A stretch of 64,000 nt of DNA from a virus, in IMG/VR virus record IMGVR_UViG_3300045135_001635. The stretch is one strand, 5' to 3'. Position 1 is the first letter of the stretch, and the number at the start of each line of letters is the position of its first letter. This document shows, piece after piece, positions 63,227 to 64,000 of the stretch. Below the pieces are notes generated by a model. That model was not told the DNA's origin. It searched no databases and was given only the letters and a program-made list of their open reading frames with translations. A program made the position numbers and the translations under genes.

Positions 63227-63553
63227 TCACCATTTCACCTCTTTCCAATCGGTATCTTCTTCCATCAGAGTAATCTGACCTTCAAATGCCTCGTTCTCTT
63301 TTAGTTGATTATACGCACCAGCATTATTCATTCGCAAACCATATGACTTCTTGTGACAACGATACACACTACCACTATATCCATGAAATAGCAGGTAGTC
63401 ACCTTCTTCGGTAACCTCTGAGATACCCGAGTTCATCCGCCAACTGTCACCATAAAGATAACCACCACTCCATCCGCCAAGGACTTTGTATAGTGTTTCG
63501 TCTTTATAATTTATTTTCAAAACAACCCAGTTGTCTGGTGTATATTCACTCAT
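63227..63553 (-). CDS. conserved phage hypothetical protein
   Basis: Y.PD.WVV, YKV..GWSGGYL.GDSWRMNSGI, F.G.SGS.Y.C. Confidence 0.75.
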   Translation of the reverse strand: MSEYTPDNWVVLKINYKDETLYKVLGGWSGGYLYGDSWRMNSGISEVTEEGDYLLFHGYSGSVYRCHKKSYGLRMNNAGAYNQLKENEAFEGQITLMEEDTDWKEVKW

Positions 63554-63938
63554 TATTCTTTACCCATTCTATCTTATGTCTAGTTTGTTGCTCAAACATT
63601 TCTATCAGTCGATAGAACCCAACAACTTCTTCAGTCTCTAAATCCGATAACCAATCACCAAGTAGATTCCAACTCAACTGTTTCATAGGTGGTACAGCAT
63701 ACTCGTCCCAACCATCGTAACCCTCTTTACTACTATCACGAATATCAATACGACCTGCAGCAACATAGTATTCAGGCGTAATTACTTCGATTTCCTTTTC
63801 TAAGATTTTGCTGTACTTAGTTTCAGTGGTACAAGGGATACCGTTGTCGATATACCACTGTGTGTAGTAAACACCCATCTGATTTAAGAAATAATCAACC
63901 ATAAAAAGTATTCCATCCGCAAAATAAAAGCACCACAT
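63546..63938 (-). CDS. hypothetical protein (start uncertain)
   Basis: ORF track; may start at an internal Met. Confidence 0.5.
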   Translation of the reverse strand: MWCFYFADGILFMVDYFLNQMGVYYTQWYIDNGIPCTTETKYSKILEKEIEVITPEYYVAAGRIDIRDSSKEGYDGWDEYAVPPMKQLSWNLLGDWLSDLETEEVVGFYRLIEMFEQQTRHKIEWVKNNE

Positions 63939-64000
63939 TCCAACTGCCTACGCTGTTCAGTGGTGGATACGTTAACGTGTTCAGTCTCTTCACGGCACCG

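Noticed and set aside
1-64000. tRNA genes, stop-codon recoding, integrase, transposase, reverse transcriptase/DGR
   Set aside because: None seen by eye. Conserved genes are full length in code 11 and end at TAA, TAG or TGA; intergenic gaps are short and explained by promoters or terminators. tRNAscan/Infernal were not run.

Overview
A 64-kb segment of a lytic T4-like myophage genome: AT-rich, standard genetic code, gene-dense and mostly on the minus strand. The gene complement resembles environmental or marine proteobacterial T4-like phages, but the host cannot be assigned from sequence alone. Left to right: (1) baseplate/tail module (DUF4815/VrlC-like, gp8, an insert with a 205-triplet collagen fibre and a GT-like/methyltransferase fusion, gp7, gp6, gp25, a short gp5, hub, gp53, gp48, then divergent gp4, gp2, gp54, gp26, gp51 and a tape-measure-like gene); (2) gp32, gp33 and small early genes behind a repeated sigma70-type early promoter; (3) an ~11-kb glycan/tailoring cluster (several glycosyltransferases, sulfotransferase-like, radical SAM, carbamoyltransferase, methyltransferase) mixed with groES, a holin-like gene, lysozyme and phoH; (4) QueC-like, GIY-YIG, nrdB and an nrdA-glutaredoxin fusion; (5) late genes whose products start with T4-type capsid-targeting sequences, including a nucleotidyltransferase, a ligase-like protein and a restriction-like nuclease; (6) a TET/JBP dioxygenase + amino acid:DNA transferase-like + P-loop kinase operon predicted to hypermodify DNA bases. 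The strongest candidate new systems are that hypermodification operon beside packaged nucleic-acid enzymes, a probable programmed -1 frameshift fusing gp26 to gp51, and a possible virion (collagen fibre) glycosylation pathway. All family calls come from motif recognition by eye; no database search was run.
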